64,000 bases of DNA from Octopus sinensis (GCF_006345805.1 NW_021836153.1:4642-68641); one strand, 5' to 3'. Shown: positions 1-11,205, counted from the stretch's first letter. Made by a program: numbers and translations. The notes: generated from the sequence alone by a model not told the origin.

Positions 1-62
1 TATGTGGGTGTTTGATGAATGTAAATTGTTGGATTGGGTTAAATGCACACACACACACACAC

Positions 63-123
<61 letters not shown>

Positions 124-241
124 TTTACATGTAGAAAGAGAGAGAGAGACGAGGGAGGAAAGAAATGGAAACAAAATCAGATAGAAACAAAACAAATATA
201 TCTATGTATTTGTTTCTAAATTGCATACATACGTACATTGA

Positions 242-286
<45 letters not shown>

Positions 287-1264
287 CTCTCTTTTTCCTT
301 TTAACATTGTGTGCGTGTGCGTGTGCGTAGCGTGGACAACGTAAATCTTTCGTAGCTCACCAGATCCGTCGCCATACAATAAGAAATGTAAAGAAACACC
401 CCTTTTCTTTCCATCCTTAAACAGACATATATAAATTTTTACGAAGCTAGTTTCAAATCTTTTGATTCTCATCAGTGAGTGATAGTAGAATAGAACACCA
501 TTTGATCTGCCCCACCACAGAGAAAAATATGGTTAATAGCTACATTTAGTCACAACAAAATGTACTAAGTTTTCTCAACCAATTGGTTCGGTTTACATAA
601 AGTGCTTTTCTCTCCCCCCTTTCTCTCTCTCTCTCTCCAGTAATACCACTGTATGTATGCGTGTGCATGCATATACACACACAGACGCGCTTCATACATA
701 GAAAAGCGTTCACATGGAACCACTATACCTGCGATGCAAGTCGAAATACCAGCAACAGCAAGGTACACTAGTTGTGTTGATTATATAGAGAGAAGTGAGG
801 GGTGGAGAGACAGCGATATCGATAAAACCAGGCGTCAGCTTTCCATTGCGGGAGGTCAGCATTGTTTAATATTCACCGATGCCTGTCATTTTCACAGACA
901 CACAAAACTTGTTCATAGATACATATAAACAAGCATTGAGGTATGTACCATCGACATGTATTTAATACAATTAGATAGGCATCTATATACAAATGTGTAA
1001 ATATGTACTTGAATGTATGAGTGTGATAGTGTATGTGTGTGTACGCGCGTGTAATAAATCCTATCTATATGTTTTATGTACGTATAGAGCGGGTTTATTA
1101 TCAAAAATGGATCGCATACTTAAAATACACCACTTTCACCTGCACACCATCTCGCCCCTCCTCTTCGTCCCTCATTGTCCAGTGTTACTTCGCTACATGG
1201 TCTAAAGCAAGGACAGACCACTGACCGCGTGACCTGAAATTCTTTTTACCCTTTTCTTCGTCAG

Positions 1265-1280
1265 TGAACCAACGACCAAG
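1265..1280 (+). other. Candidate 16-nt micro-exon
   Basis: CTGAC branch-like motif at 1221, pyrimidine tract ttctttttacccttttcttcgtcag, 16 nt, then AAG|GTAAGC donor. No host gene identified. Confidence 0.22.
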
Positions 1281-1512
1281 GTAAGCTCAACGCGGCAACA
1301 GAACGTGCTAGATATAACTAGCAAATCTTAAAATCGCACCCAGCAGTCTTGGAAAATTATTTGAAAAATAAACGGGATGGTCATCCATGGAATACCTCTG
1401 ATCATAAGTCTGCTGAAGTAGAGCGGGTCTAGGGCTAAACCACAATTTGGTGAAGAACAAATTCTTTAGAGAAAGTAAGTACTTGACCGTGTACAAGAAC
1501 CCAGCTTTAATC

Positions 1513-1718
1513 TTACTCTTTTACTTGTTTCAGTCATTTGACTGTGGCCATGCTGGAGCACCGCCTTTAGTTGAGCAAATCGACTTATTCTTTGTAAGCC
1601 TAGTACTTATTCTATCGGCCTCTTTTGCTAAGTTACGGAGACGTAAACACACCAGCATCAGTTGTCAAGCGATGTGCGTGGGGGGGGGGGCAGACACACA
1701 CACACACACACACACACA
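1513..1718 (-). mobile_element. SINE family A, 3' tail module
   Basis: ttttacttgtttcagtcatttgactgtggccatgctggagcaccgcc...gttgtcaagcg matches the tail of the full copies at 19260 and 59668; ends in (CA)n. Confidence 0.9.
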
Positions 1719-1813
1719 TTGATTGCTCCTGCCGATTACGTTAAGAGTACAACTGTCTGTATAATATTCAGCCACGGACATTGATTGCTCCAGCTGATTA
1801 CGTTAAGAGTACA
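1717..1813. repeat. Two-copy tandem duplication, period 62 bp
   Basis: cattgattgctcc(t/a)gc(c/t)gattacgttaagagtaca at 1717 and 1779. Confidence 0.85.
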
Positions 1814-2892
1814 GGCGTCTGTGGAATGTCCAATCACTAACACTATACTTTCACTAAGATGATAATTTTGTTGATCGAACAACTACAAAAACTAAACCCT
1901 ATTGCTTGCTAATCTAGCATCGTAAAATTCTGTCTTATCCGTCTACGGTTTCCTTTACACTATTGGAACATCCTACAGTAATCGGTGACATAGTATTATG
2001 TATAATCTACAGATTGCAAGAAGAGCCGAAGTGGTCTGACTATGGCAGCTATGGTGAATAGAGCAGGAAAAAGAGTGAGAAGTTATGCATAGGAAGGATG
2101 GGGTGAGGAAGAGGGATATGTATAACGTTTCAGGCAAAGTTGCTCACTCAGTAAAGCAAGACCCCCTCCCCTCGTCTCTCACTCTTTCATATATGTATAT
2201 TTGCGTACAAATGCGTGTATAGGCATCTATTTACGTGTGTATATACGCATGGAAGGAAAGCGAGAGCGAGAGTGAGAAAGATATTTCAAATATTAGATAT
2301 TTCCTCCCTTCATGCTACACTAATATACTTCACATTATTTTTATTTATGCGAGTGTTGGTTTCATATATTGTGTGTGTGTGTGTGTTATTTGATTTGTGT
2401 ATGGACATTTGTCATTAATTATGTATACGCTTCGTACTTATATGACAAATACACATTACAGAAATCTATAAGACATACACATACACACACTATAGGAAAT
2501 GTGCATAGATAAAATATACCATATATGTGTGTGTGTGTGTGTATGGTTATGTATAAACGCGAGACAGAGCAGCAGAAGTCGAGTGGGGTGGAGACAGGAA
2601 AGGTGACGTGGTGTGTGAGGTGTCCTTGTGGTAATCTGAGCACCCAAACGACGTCTGAACGGTACAAACAGTAATTAGAACAGTGTGCAAATAGAGGGTA
2701 CGTACCCTGATATCCCTGAGACATTTAGGGTAGGAGACACTTCAGCTACAGTCGAGTAGACCACTATTTTAACTACAGCATTAGCACCAACATTTAAAGA
2801 CGATGTCCCCACCACTTCCACTACCGCCAACACTGGCTTGAGGACAACCACCACAGCTCATAATTAAGCCAACACTAATTACATTGGAGAGT

Positions 2893-3135
2893 GGAGGCGC
2901 GTAGCTTAGTGGTTAGGGTGTTATGATCGTAAGACTGCGGTTTCGATTCCTGGACCAGGTAGCGCGTTGTATTGTTAAACAAGACACTTCATTTCACGTT
3001 GCTTCGGTCCACTTAGCTGGCAAAAATGGGTAATCTTGTGACGGACCGACGGACCGTGCAAGTGGCGAATAAATACGCCATGGATATCGGGAAACCGATC
3101 CAACGAGTTTCCATAGCACAAAAAGGAATTTTACC
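2893..3135 (+). mobile_element. tRNA-derived SINE, family C (CORE-like)
   Basis: A-box TAGCTTAGTGG (2902), B-box GGTTTCGATTCC (2939), followed by aagacacttcatttcacgtt segment shared with 8206 and 32540 copies. Confidence 0.85.
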
Positions 3136-3202
3136 TGTTTTAATTATAATGGGACAAACACCAACACGGCGGCCAATACAAAGTTTAGTAATGTAATCAT
3201 GG

Positions 3203-3296
3203 ACGCAGGGGGCGTGGCTGTGTGGTTCTCAACCACATGGTCCCAGGTTCAGTCCCACTGCATGGCACCTCGGCCAAGAGGTGCCATGGGCAAGTG
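3203..3296 (+). mobile_element. SINE family A head fragment with internal fold-back
   Basis: gtggctgtgtgg A-box, ggttcagtccc B-box; 11-bp perfect hairpin catggcacctc/gaggtgccatg at 3261-3288. Confidence 0.8.
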
Positions 3297-3305
3297 GTGG
3301 TCGAA

Positions 3306-3338
3306 ACAAACCCGAGCAACGCCGGGTGATACTGCTAG
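3306..3338 (+). mobile_element. Solo Helitron 3' terminus
   Basis: acaaaCCCGAGCAACGCCGGGtgatactgCTAG|T, nearly identical to the 3' ends at 26813 and 40007. Confidence 0.8.
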
Positions 3339-3346
3339 TGTATTTA

Positions 3347-3883
3347 TAAGGATGTCCCAGAATTAACTATTTCAATGAAATCGGGCAATTTTTTTTAATG
3401 ACAGAATTTTATATTTATTGCTTAATTATGATACCAAAAAAAAAAAAGAAAAAGATTTATAAATCTTACGTCAAAACTTAATCTGAAATTTGCGACAAGT
3501 GCGACAAGTCTGTATCCCTGCAAATTTCAAACCTATCCTTACCATCGCAAAACACATTTTGAAACAATTCGGGAGTTATCTCCTGTACTACTGAGTGAAT
3601 GAGTTCTTTTAATTTCTGCTAAATTATTACTCCATCCTGGGGATGAAGGAGGAGAAAATGACTGCAGCCAGATTCATAATAAAAAAGCTGTCGTGGAGAG
3701 ATAAGCGAGATCCAACAGGAATGAAAACGAAATTATAAAAATATTATAAAAATAAAATTATTAACAAAATTGAGAATTTATGCACTTTAACACATATTAG
3801 ATATGATAAACATAAATAAAAGTGAGTTTTTGAAAAAATTGTCTGATTTCACTGAAATTGCTAGTTAATTCTAGGACACCCTG
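3347..3883. mobile_element. Tc1/mariner-type non-autonomous element (MITE)
   Basis: About 50-bp imperfect TIRs (left aaggatgtcccagaattaacta...aaatcgggcaatttttt; right aaaaaattgtctgatttc...ttaattctaggacaccctg), TA after right end. Confidence 0.75.
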
Positions 3884-4090
3884 TATATATATATATATAT
3901 ATATATACGTGTCTGTGTACAAAAGAACATATAGTTTGATTGACAGGCAGACAGGCAGGAAGACAGACAGAATTACAAGTGCTTAACAGTGTTTTGTATA
4001 CAGCGCAATAAATACTACAGAATATATTTACAGATTTTAACCGATATATGATGTAGAGACAAACATAAACACAATGTCTTTACTTACAGA

Positions 4091-4190
4091 TCAGTTGACA
4101 GGGGTGGCGAAACCCCAAGCAACTGGACTAGTTTCAATGCTGCGCATCAGAAACGGTGTTACTCTGATCGCCTCACAGTGGCGACACTGT
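4091..4190 (+). ncRNA. Candidate structured RNA, three adjacent hairpins
   Basis: CAGTTG-aca-GGGGT-ggcgaa-ACCCC-aag-CAACTG; ATCAGA...TCTGAT; ACAGTG-GCGA-CACTGT. Folded by eye only. Confidence 0.22.
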
Positions 4191-4655
4191 TTATGAACTC
4201 AATGTTAAAGAGAGCTTAAATATACTTGATCTTCAAAGAGGGAAGTTACTTAATGATGAATTCCCAGTACAAAATTCAAACCAGCCGTGTTGAGCAAACT
4301 ACCTTCACCAACAAACGTTTTCCCGTGCACAACATTATACCTGTCCATACATACAAAGTTAGCTATGCAAATATATTTTGTAGAACAGTACAGTATTAAA
4401 ACCAAAAGCCATGATAATCAAACAACAGTTAATCAATAGGACTAACGCACATACCCCTGCGCACACACGCACAAAGACTAGTTTCCGCACAGTTTCCATT
4501 CTAAAGTACTGCTGAACCCTCGTTCTATACTAGAGGACTCTTGCCCTAGGAACCACACAAAGAAAAAGAACCCCAAAGCGGAAGGGTATCAAGCGAACGT
4601 TTTAAGTTTATAACCATGTCTGTGCCGATACATGCACGTACATACATGCGTAGCC

Positions 4656-4997
4656 GTATTTCGTCTGCCGTTACGTTATGAGTTCAAATTCCGCCGAGGT
4701 TGACTTTGCCTTTCATACTTTCGGAGTCGATTAAATAAGTACCAGTTACACACTGGGGTCGATATAATCGACTTAATCCGTTTCTCTGTCCTTGTTTGTC
4801 CTCTCTGTGTTTAGCCCCTTGTGGGTAGTAAAGAAATAGGTATTTCGTCTGTCTTTACGTTCTGAGTTCAAATTCCACCGAGGTCGACTTTACCTTTCTT
4901 CCTTTCGCGGTCGATAAATTAAGTACCAGTTGCGTACTGGGTCGATCTAATCGACTGGCCCCTCAAAAATTTCGGGCCTTGTACCTAGAGTAGAAAA
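4656..4997 (+). mobile_element. SINE family B, dimeric form (5' truncated)
   Basis: Body gtatttcgtctg...ctgagttcaaattccgccgaggtcgactttgcctttc...gtaccagtt occurs twice, joined by tttagccccttgtgggtagtaaagaaatag; second unit ends gggccttgtacctagagtagaaaag. Confidence 0.9.
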
Positions 4998-5356
4998 GTA
5001 TACTTTGTTGTGTTGGTCTATACTTGTATATAACTATATATATGCCATTTATATGTTTGTACCTATACACACACACACACACATACATTAATCATTTCTA
5101 TACATACACATACAGACCTGTGTCTATCTACATATACAATTATATCGCGTCCTCTTCATATATCAATATTTGTATATCTACACTCGTACACTATAAAAAC
5201 ACATTAAATAAACGCATTAGCAAGAACACACATACACCACACACCGCATTAAATACAACCACGAATGACTATTAGCAAAGCACGCACACACCCACACACA
5301 CCACCCATCGCTCTCCACATCAGGCTTACAACACACCAGCCCCATCATCTCCTCCA

Positions 5357-5411
<55 letters not shown>

Positions 5412-6190
5412 ATATATTGTCAGGCAGACGATCGCTCTTGACTTTTGTTCCAAGATTAAAGTGGCAGATCGGAGTGATGCATAGTAGGGAAGAGGGAAGC
5501 GGGTGGCGGAGGCGGCGGCGGTGGCGGATGGAAAAGCGGGTAGTAAGCATTAAGTAGACGGATAATAAGGGAGCCATCGGTGGTAGTGGCGGTGGGTATT
5601 AGCGTTTAAGATTTCATGAGAACCAACATTTGAGTACACATGGTGGCATTACTATGTCTGTCTGTCTGTCTCTTTCTCTGTCTCTCTCTTTCTCTCTCTC
5701 ACACACCTGTATATCTTGGTTGTCTCCAAATGTGCCGCTAAAAATGAGTGCCAATGCATATGCACAGTGTGTGTGTGTTTGTGTACACACATACCTACGC
5801 TTATATGTGTGTGCGTGTGAGTATCCGTATGTTTATATATATATATATGTGAGAGAGAGAGAGAGAGTATTCGTATGTTTATGTATGTATATCTATATAT
5901 ATATATGTACAATTCATGGTATATTCCATTGACAACGGCAGAATATATTTTGATACAAAATCAGAAACCCAGGGTCTGGAATTATCTAATTTTTACTAGT
6001 TTATCTATTTGTCCATTCACCCTGTGCTGTATTGAATACTTTTTGTGGTTTTAGAGCCAGGCTTTGACTGCTATTTCAAGCATGGTGGTATCTCTTAGAT
6101 ACCCTTGTTTATAATTTTAATAATAATTCTAACATATAAGGTTTTTCTTAACGATCTTATCCTTATATGTATGTATGTATGTATGTATGT

Positions 6191-6348
6191 GCAGGCGTGG
6201 CTGTATGGTAAGGAGTTTGCTTCCTAACCACAGAGTTCCAAGTTCAACCCCACTGCGCGGCACTTTGCGAGAGTGCCTTTTTACTATAGCTCCAGGCCGA
6301 CCAAAGCCTTGTGAGTCGCGGAAACAGGCACAAGGCCGTCGTACATAT
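6191..6348 (+). mobile_element. SINE family A head
   Basis: gcaggcgtggctgtatggtaag...agttcaaccccactgcgcggcac...ccgaccaaagccttgtgag. Confidence 0.85.
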
Positions 6349-6356
6349 AAACACGC

Positions 6357-6387
<31 letters not shown>

Positions 6388-6601
6388 TCTGACTCCTGTT
6401 TGTGGTTATTGCAAAAGCAGTTCTTAAAAGGAATTCGTTGTTTCTTTCAGATGAGGGATGGAAGGCAAAGTGACTTGGGGTTTTTCCATCTTTCTGAGCG
6501 ATACTTCATATCCAGCAATCATTTTCAACTGGTTGACAATCATTGTTGGCCATTGGCTCTATTTAGGAGACACTACGTTGAACTCTTAAGATGGATGGAT
6601 G

Positions 6602-6743
6602 GGCGCAGGCGTGGCTGTGTGGTAAGAAGTCTGCCTCCCAACAACGTGCTTCCAGGTTCAGTCCCACTGCGTGGCATCTTGGGCAAGTGCCTTCTACTAT
6701 GGATTTAGTAGACGGAAACTGAAAGAAGCTCATGTTGTATACG
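6602..6743 (+). mobile_element. SINE family A head, internally deleted
   Basis: ggcgcaggcgtggctgtgtggtaag...ggttcagtcccactgcgtggca...gacggaaactgaaagaagc. Confidence 0.85.
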
Positions 6744-8205
6744 AGCATGTGTGCCTCTGATCATGGGTTTCGCACCTATAAAATGTTTAGCAGTATGGGC
6801 AACTCGTCAGACTAAAAAAAAAAAAAAAGTCACAAGAGACCCTTTTTTTTTCTATCTGACATGTTGCCTATACCGCTGCTAAGCACTTTATAGGTCACTC
6901 TATGACCGGCCATAACTTATAACTTTGTGTGTGTGTGTGTGTGTGTGTGCGTGTAGGTAGGTATAGTAGTAGTACACATTCACATCGGCAGATAACAATG
7001 TATACTCAAAGCAAGATCAAAAACAATATAAAAAGAACATTTATCCTCCTCCCCTTCTCAAATACAACCTTCTTTAAAAATCACACGAACCATCCCAGTT
7101 ATAAGAAAGAATGCATATGTCAATCATAATAATAATAATAATAATAATATAATAATAATAATGACTCCGACACTGAACACAGCATTTATCACACCTAACC
7201 ACAACAGACTATCTTACATAAACAGCTGCAATGAAATACTTCCTCATTATATCACAAGCTAACAAGTAAGTCACAAAACATGCTTCACACAACCAAGGTT
7301 GTATTCAAATTTCAATGTAGACACGTTGTACACCACAGCACTCGGGCAAACTACAGCGGATACACTGGCGTGAAGTTTTCTCATCGGATGACCATGGGGC
7401 AGTTGATTCAAAGAAAATGGGGCGATGTGCATAAAAAAAGTACAAAAAAAAATAAAAAGTTAATTAGGTTAAATTTCATTTTGTGAAATACTGTTGCTTT
7501 GAATGTGTTGCAGAATATGGTCGATGTCTGAAACGGTGAGTGGGGGAGGGCACTAGGAATGTGGCCTTAGAACCAAGGCCACTAATCTACACCAAGGTGA
7601 CATTCATTGCACCATATTAAGTCTTTCAGAGGCGAGATAGATAGGCAAAAAAAAAAAACTCTAGAAGGGGAAAAATTTGTAATCTTTTTTTTTTTTTTGT
7701 CGACTGACCTTTGACACAAAATGGATTCAACTGAAAAAATATTCCGTTTGTGTCGCAGAAATTGTTGCCAAATGTAAGGGTAGCTTCTGATTGACTGATA
7801 GATGAAGTGGTACGTTTTCCGTGCAACCGACCATGCAGCGAAAAGAATTTTGAGTTTCGGTACGAATTATGTACCACCGCTCATTAAACGGATACAAACA
7901 AGTGGTACTTTATTTGTACCACCCAGCTTGAAGAAAGAGTTAAAACAGAACACGAAATATATTTAGAAAAAGAAAAAAAAAAAAAAAAAAGAAAGAAAAA
8001 ATTAGTTGATAATAACTATCCGATATAGTAGCAATCCCTGACCCCCTTTTTTGTCTGCACCATGGTCCGATCTCATGCAAGACAATTTTTCCACAGACCA
8101 GGATATCACGCGCATAACGAAACACAACTAAGTGCTTAATATTTAACTATTACACACACGCACACAAACACACACACACACACACACATACATACACAAC
8201 ACATG

Positions 8206-8487
8206 TGAAGGCGCGTGGCATAGTAGTTAGGCTGTTGCACTCACGATTGCTAGATCGTGGGTTCGATTCCCTGACCGGGCGGTGCGTTGTGTTCTTGAGC
8301 AAAACACTTCATTTCACATTGCTTCACCCTGCCCCATCCCTTTCGGTCAAGGGTGAGAGCTTGCCTGCTCGCCTACCCAGCGGAGTGGCGTCATTTGATG
8401 CTTAAAACAATGCAAAGCGCGTTGTGACCAACGATGATGAGTAACAGCATCCGATAGTCTAGACGGTCACGTGATCACGTGACATGA
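8206..8487 (+). mobile_element. tRNA-derived SINE, family C, different tail
   Basis: A-box tggcatagtag, B-box gggttcgattcc, gtgttcttgagcaaaacacttcatttcac; ends in gtcacgtgatcacgtgac palindrome. Confidence 0.85.
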
Positions 8488-8501
8488 TATTACATATATA
8501 T

Positions 8502-8537
<36 letters not shown>

Positions 8538-8654
8538 ACACATATGATACAAAAACACCCTGCAGACTGCAAATAAAGCAGAAATGAAACATTTTTGTTC
8601 TGTGCGGCCCGAGAGCAAATGATCCACAGCCATTCTGAGATTTTTTTTTTCTAT

Positions 8655-9245
8655 CTTTCACTGATTTTAGTCATTGGACTGTGGTCACGCTAGGTCATCG
8701 CCTGGCTGAGTTTAGTCGCACAAATCAACCCTTGTACTTGTTCTATCAATCTTTTTTTTTTTTTTTTTTACTGAAACGTTAAGGGGGTGTAACCAAACCA
8801 GCACTGGTTGTTGAGCGGGGATAGGAAACACACACATACATATATACTCTCCCCTCTCTCTCGGTACACACCCATACCCCCCGCACTCACTCTCTCACTC
8901 GATACACACATCCACTCCAAGCCCCCCACACACACACTATCTATACACACACATACACTTTCCCTCTCTCTCTCTCTCTCAATACACACACACACACACG
9001 CTCGCTCTCTCTCTCTACACACACACACACCCTCTCTCTCCCTCTTTCGATACACACACACACGCACGATGGGCTACCACATAGGTTTCCACCTACCAAA
9101 TTCATTCACAAGGCATTGGACATTGGTCAGTTCAGCCCAGGGCAGTAATAGATAACACTTGCCCAAGGTACCGTGTGGTAAGAGTGAACTCGAAATCATG
9201 CGGTTGCAAAGCAAGCTTCCTTCCTAACCACACATACCTGCGACT
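8655..9245 (-). mobile_element. Old full-length SINE family A with expanded internal CA/CT microsatellite
   Basis: Diverged tail 8655-8835, microsatellite, diverged head 9068-9245 ending acctgcg. Confidence 0.7.
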
Positions 9246-9744
9246 ATGGGGAAAAAATTATTTATTTTTTCTTTTCCTACCCTACGAGCAATATAGGACA
9301 ATCCTAAGGTTCCAATACAAGGGTTGTGGTGCAAGTGAAAGACAAGTCCAGTTTTCGATGTTGCGCAGGAGCTAATAGTAAATTCTTCATCACAACTGAA
9401 ACGTATATGACCCAGTTAAAAGGTATTTATTTTTCTGAAATCATGTCTATCAGGGTTAATACCACGTTAATTCTTTTCGTTTTAAAGAATTCTAAAATTA
9501 TTCAACATTTGACGGGGAGTAGGTCACATCTGAGATGACAATCGGGGCCCACCGAACCGAAATTCCTCCAAATATTTTTCATCCTTTCCTTCCGGTAACC
9601 TTGGCAACATTTAGACTTTCAGCTGACGTTTCAATCAAAGTATTACTTACTAAGGATTTCAGAAAAAGGAACAACTTTTTATACGTAAAAATGCTCCGTT
9701 ATACAATCAGAGCAAAGAGAGAGCCTCTCTATACATTAATTCGA

Positions 9745-9878
9745 TCAGCTAGAAATAGCAGCCAAACATCCCGCAAAATCCCAACTTACTGTGTACATAT
9801 GGAAAGAATACGAGATAGCGTTGGAATGCTTTTGATTATAAGTCTGCGAGATTAATGCCAACCTGGAGCCAAACAACA
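9745..9878 (+). mobile_element. Dispersed repeat family E (SINE-like tail)
   Basis: gctagaaatagcagccaaa ... gttggaatgcttttgattataagtctg...aacctggagccaaacaac; same motifs at 22030, 41920, 31758, 63670. Confidence 0.65.
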
Positions 9879-9932
9879 ATATACTTTTAGATAATTTACA
9901 TTTGACGGATATTTGTCCTCATCTTTGTTGTT

Positions 9933-9978
9933 AACACAACGTTTCGGCTGATATACCCTCCAGCCTTCATCAGGTGTC
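9933..9978 (-). ncRNA. Minimal type-I hammerhead ribozyme
   Basis: Minus strand GACAC-CUGAUGA-a-GGCUG-gagggtatat-CAGCC-GAA-ACGU-U-GUGUU: stem I 5 bp, intact core plus extra A, stem II 5 bp, palindromic stem III, GUU site. Confidence 0.75.
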
Positions 9979-9996
9979 TTGGGGAAATATGCCCAT

Positions 9997-10070
9997 GGGC
10001 ATATGGCGTAGTGGTTAAGAGCGCTTGCTACTAAACCCAAGATTCCGAGTTCGATTCTAAGTCGTGACCT
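9997..10070 (+). promoter_or_regulatory. tRNA-derived Pol III internal promoter (SINE head)
   Basis: A-box TGGCGTAGTGG 10004-10014, B-box GTTCGATTC 10049-10057; no acceptor stem, so not a tRNA gene. Confidence 0.75.
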
Positions 10071-10926
10071 GAATAACAACAACAACAACGAAAAATACCT
10101 TAGGAATGAGAACCCAGGTTCGAAATTTCCCCAAGGCACCTGATGAAGGCTGGAGGGTAACAAACAAGATGAGGACAAATATCCATCAATTGTAAATAAT
10201 GTACATAATTCCTCATCTCTTAAATATAAAACTGTAATATACTTTTAAGAGATCAGTTCTGTCAATCCTTGGCCAAGTGACATTAATCTTGAGCCTCTTC
10301 ACCGCTCTCCTGCAATTGCAATACGCGGCACACTTCTCCCTACTCTGCTACAAGTTCTCTAACAACTGCGGAGTAGTGGAGGAGAGATGGGGGCAGGTAA
10401 CGACAAGTGTACCGCGTAAGGAGGAGGGAACCAGAGGCAGAGTTGAGAAAAGTGTGCCATGTAGGGTTGTGAAGGGGGAACCAGTAGGAACATGTGTGCG
10501 ATTCCCTGAAGAAACTAACGACACAGGAGAAACTTATGCAGTACTTTGAAGTGTTGGATTCAGCTGTCGTGAGTCCTGAGTTCTCTTTGATACTCACACC
10601 AATGCTATATAATCATCGCCTTGGTCGAACTCTACTGTTTGTTGGGCACAGACTCCAGTTCTGATCACAGCTGGTGTATAATGACTGATAAAGCGTAATC
10701 TAGTCGTGGACATCGACTCCAACTCGAGAGCACAGTGTGTCTTTCATTGGAGTTTTAACTACGAACACAGACGATATACACCATCAATTGCTGCCGCCGC
10801 CGCTGCTGCTGCTGCTGGCGGCGGCGGTGGCAAACATCTTCCTCAATAGTGACGGAAGAAACTCTCCAACAGTTTATCAAGGAATCAAATCTGTGTTTGA
10901 AAGAAAACATTCTTAACCTCCTTTTT

Positions 10927-11205
10927 AACTACCGTATTAGACAGGCGTGTCTCAACATTTTTATAAATACTATAAACTAATTAAAAAAGCATGAATCATA
11001 AGGTTACCATAACTAATTAGGCAGCTGTACTGTCACAATACTGTCAATACTGTTACTATAATTAGACAGGTGTGTGACATCACATACTTGCTATACTAAT
11101 TAGATAGGTGTACTTGTCACCAGATTCTTACTATATGACTAGACACGTGTGTATCATAACATTGTTACTTTAACTAATCAGAAAGGTGAATCACAAAAGT
11201 TACGA
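10927..11205. repeat. Degenerate minisatellite, about 40-bp period, 7 units
   Basis: Core a(t/c)tag(a/g)cagg(t)g recurs at 10936, 10980, 11016, 11061, 11099, 11138, 11177. Confidence 0.7.

Larger units (their letters stand above)
9890..10235. mobile_element. Palindromic tRNA-head + hammerhead retroelement (Penelope/retrozyme-like) with 12-bp TSD
   Basis: Arms 9895-9988 and 10125-10196 are reverse complements; perfect 18-bp palindrome atatgcccatgggcatat at 9987-10004; AATATACTTTTA at 9878-9889 and 10236-10247. Confidence 0.8.

Noticed and set aside
450-475. Minus-strand CTGATGA-hairpin-GAAA hammerhead-like match
   Set aside because: Stem II exists, but no stem I partner or valid cleavage triplet can be formed.
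2695-2708. 14-bp perfect palindrome agggtacgtaccct
   Set aside because: Several are expected by chance in 64 kb (64000/4^7 is about 4).
6175-6708. 177-aa ORF
   Set aside because: It spans two SINE-A heads and a GC/GT run; recurring peptides such as RGCVVRSLLPN are SINE translations.
7845-7895. Minus-strand TTAATGA...GGTAC/GTACC-GAAAC hammerhead-like segment
   Set aside because: Two core mismatches, five extra bases before stem II and no stem I.
2893-10070. tRNA genes at the A/B-box-containing heads
   Set aside because: No acceptor stem or complete cloverleaf, and each runs into repeat body sequence; they are SINE heads.
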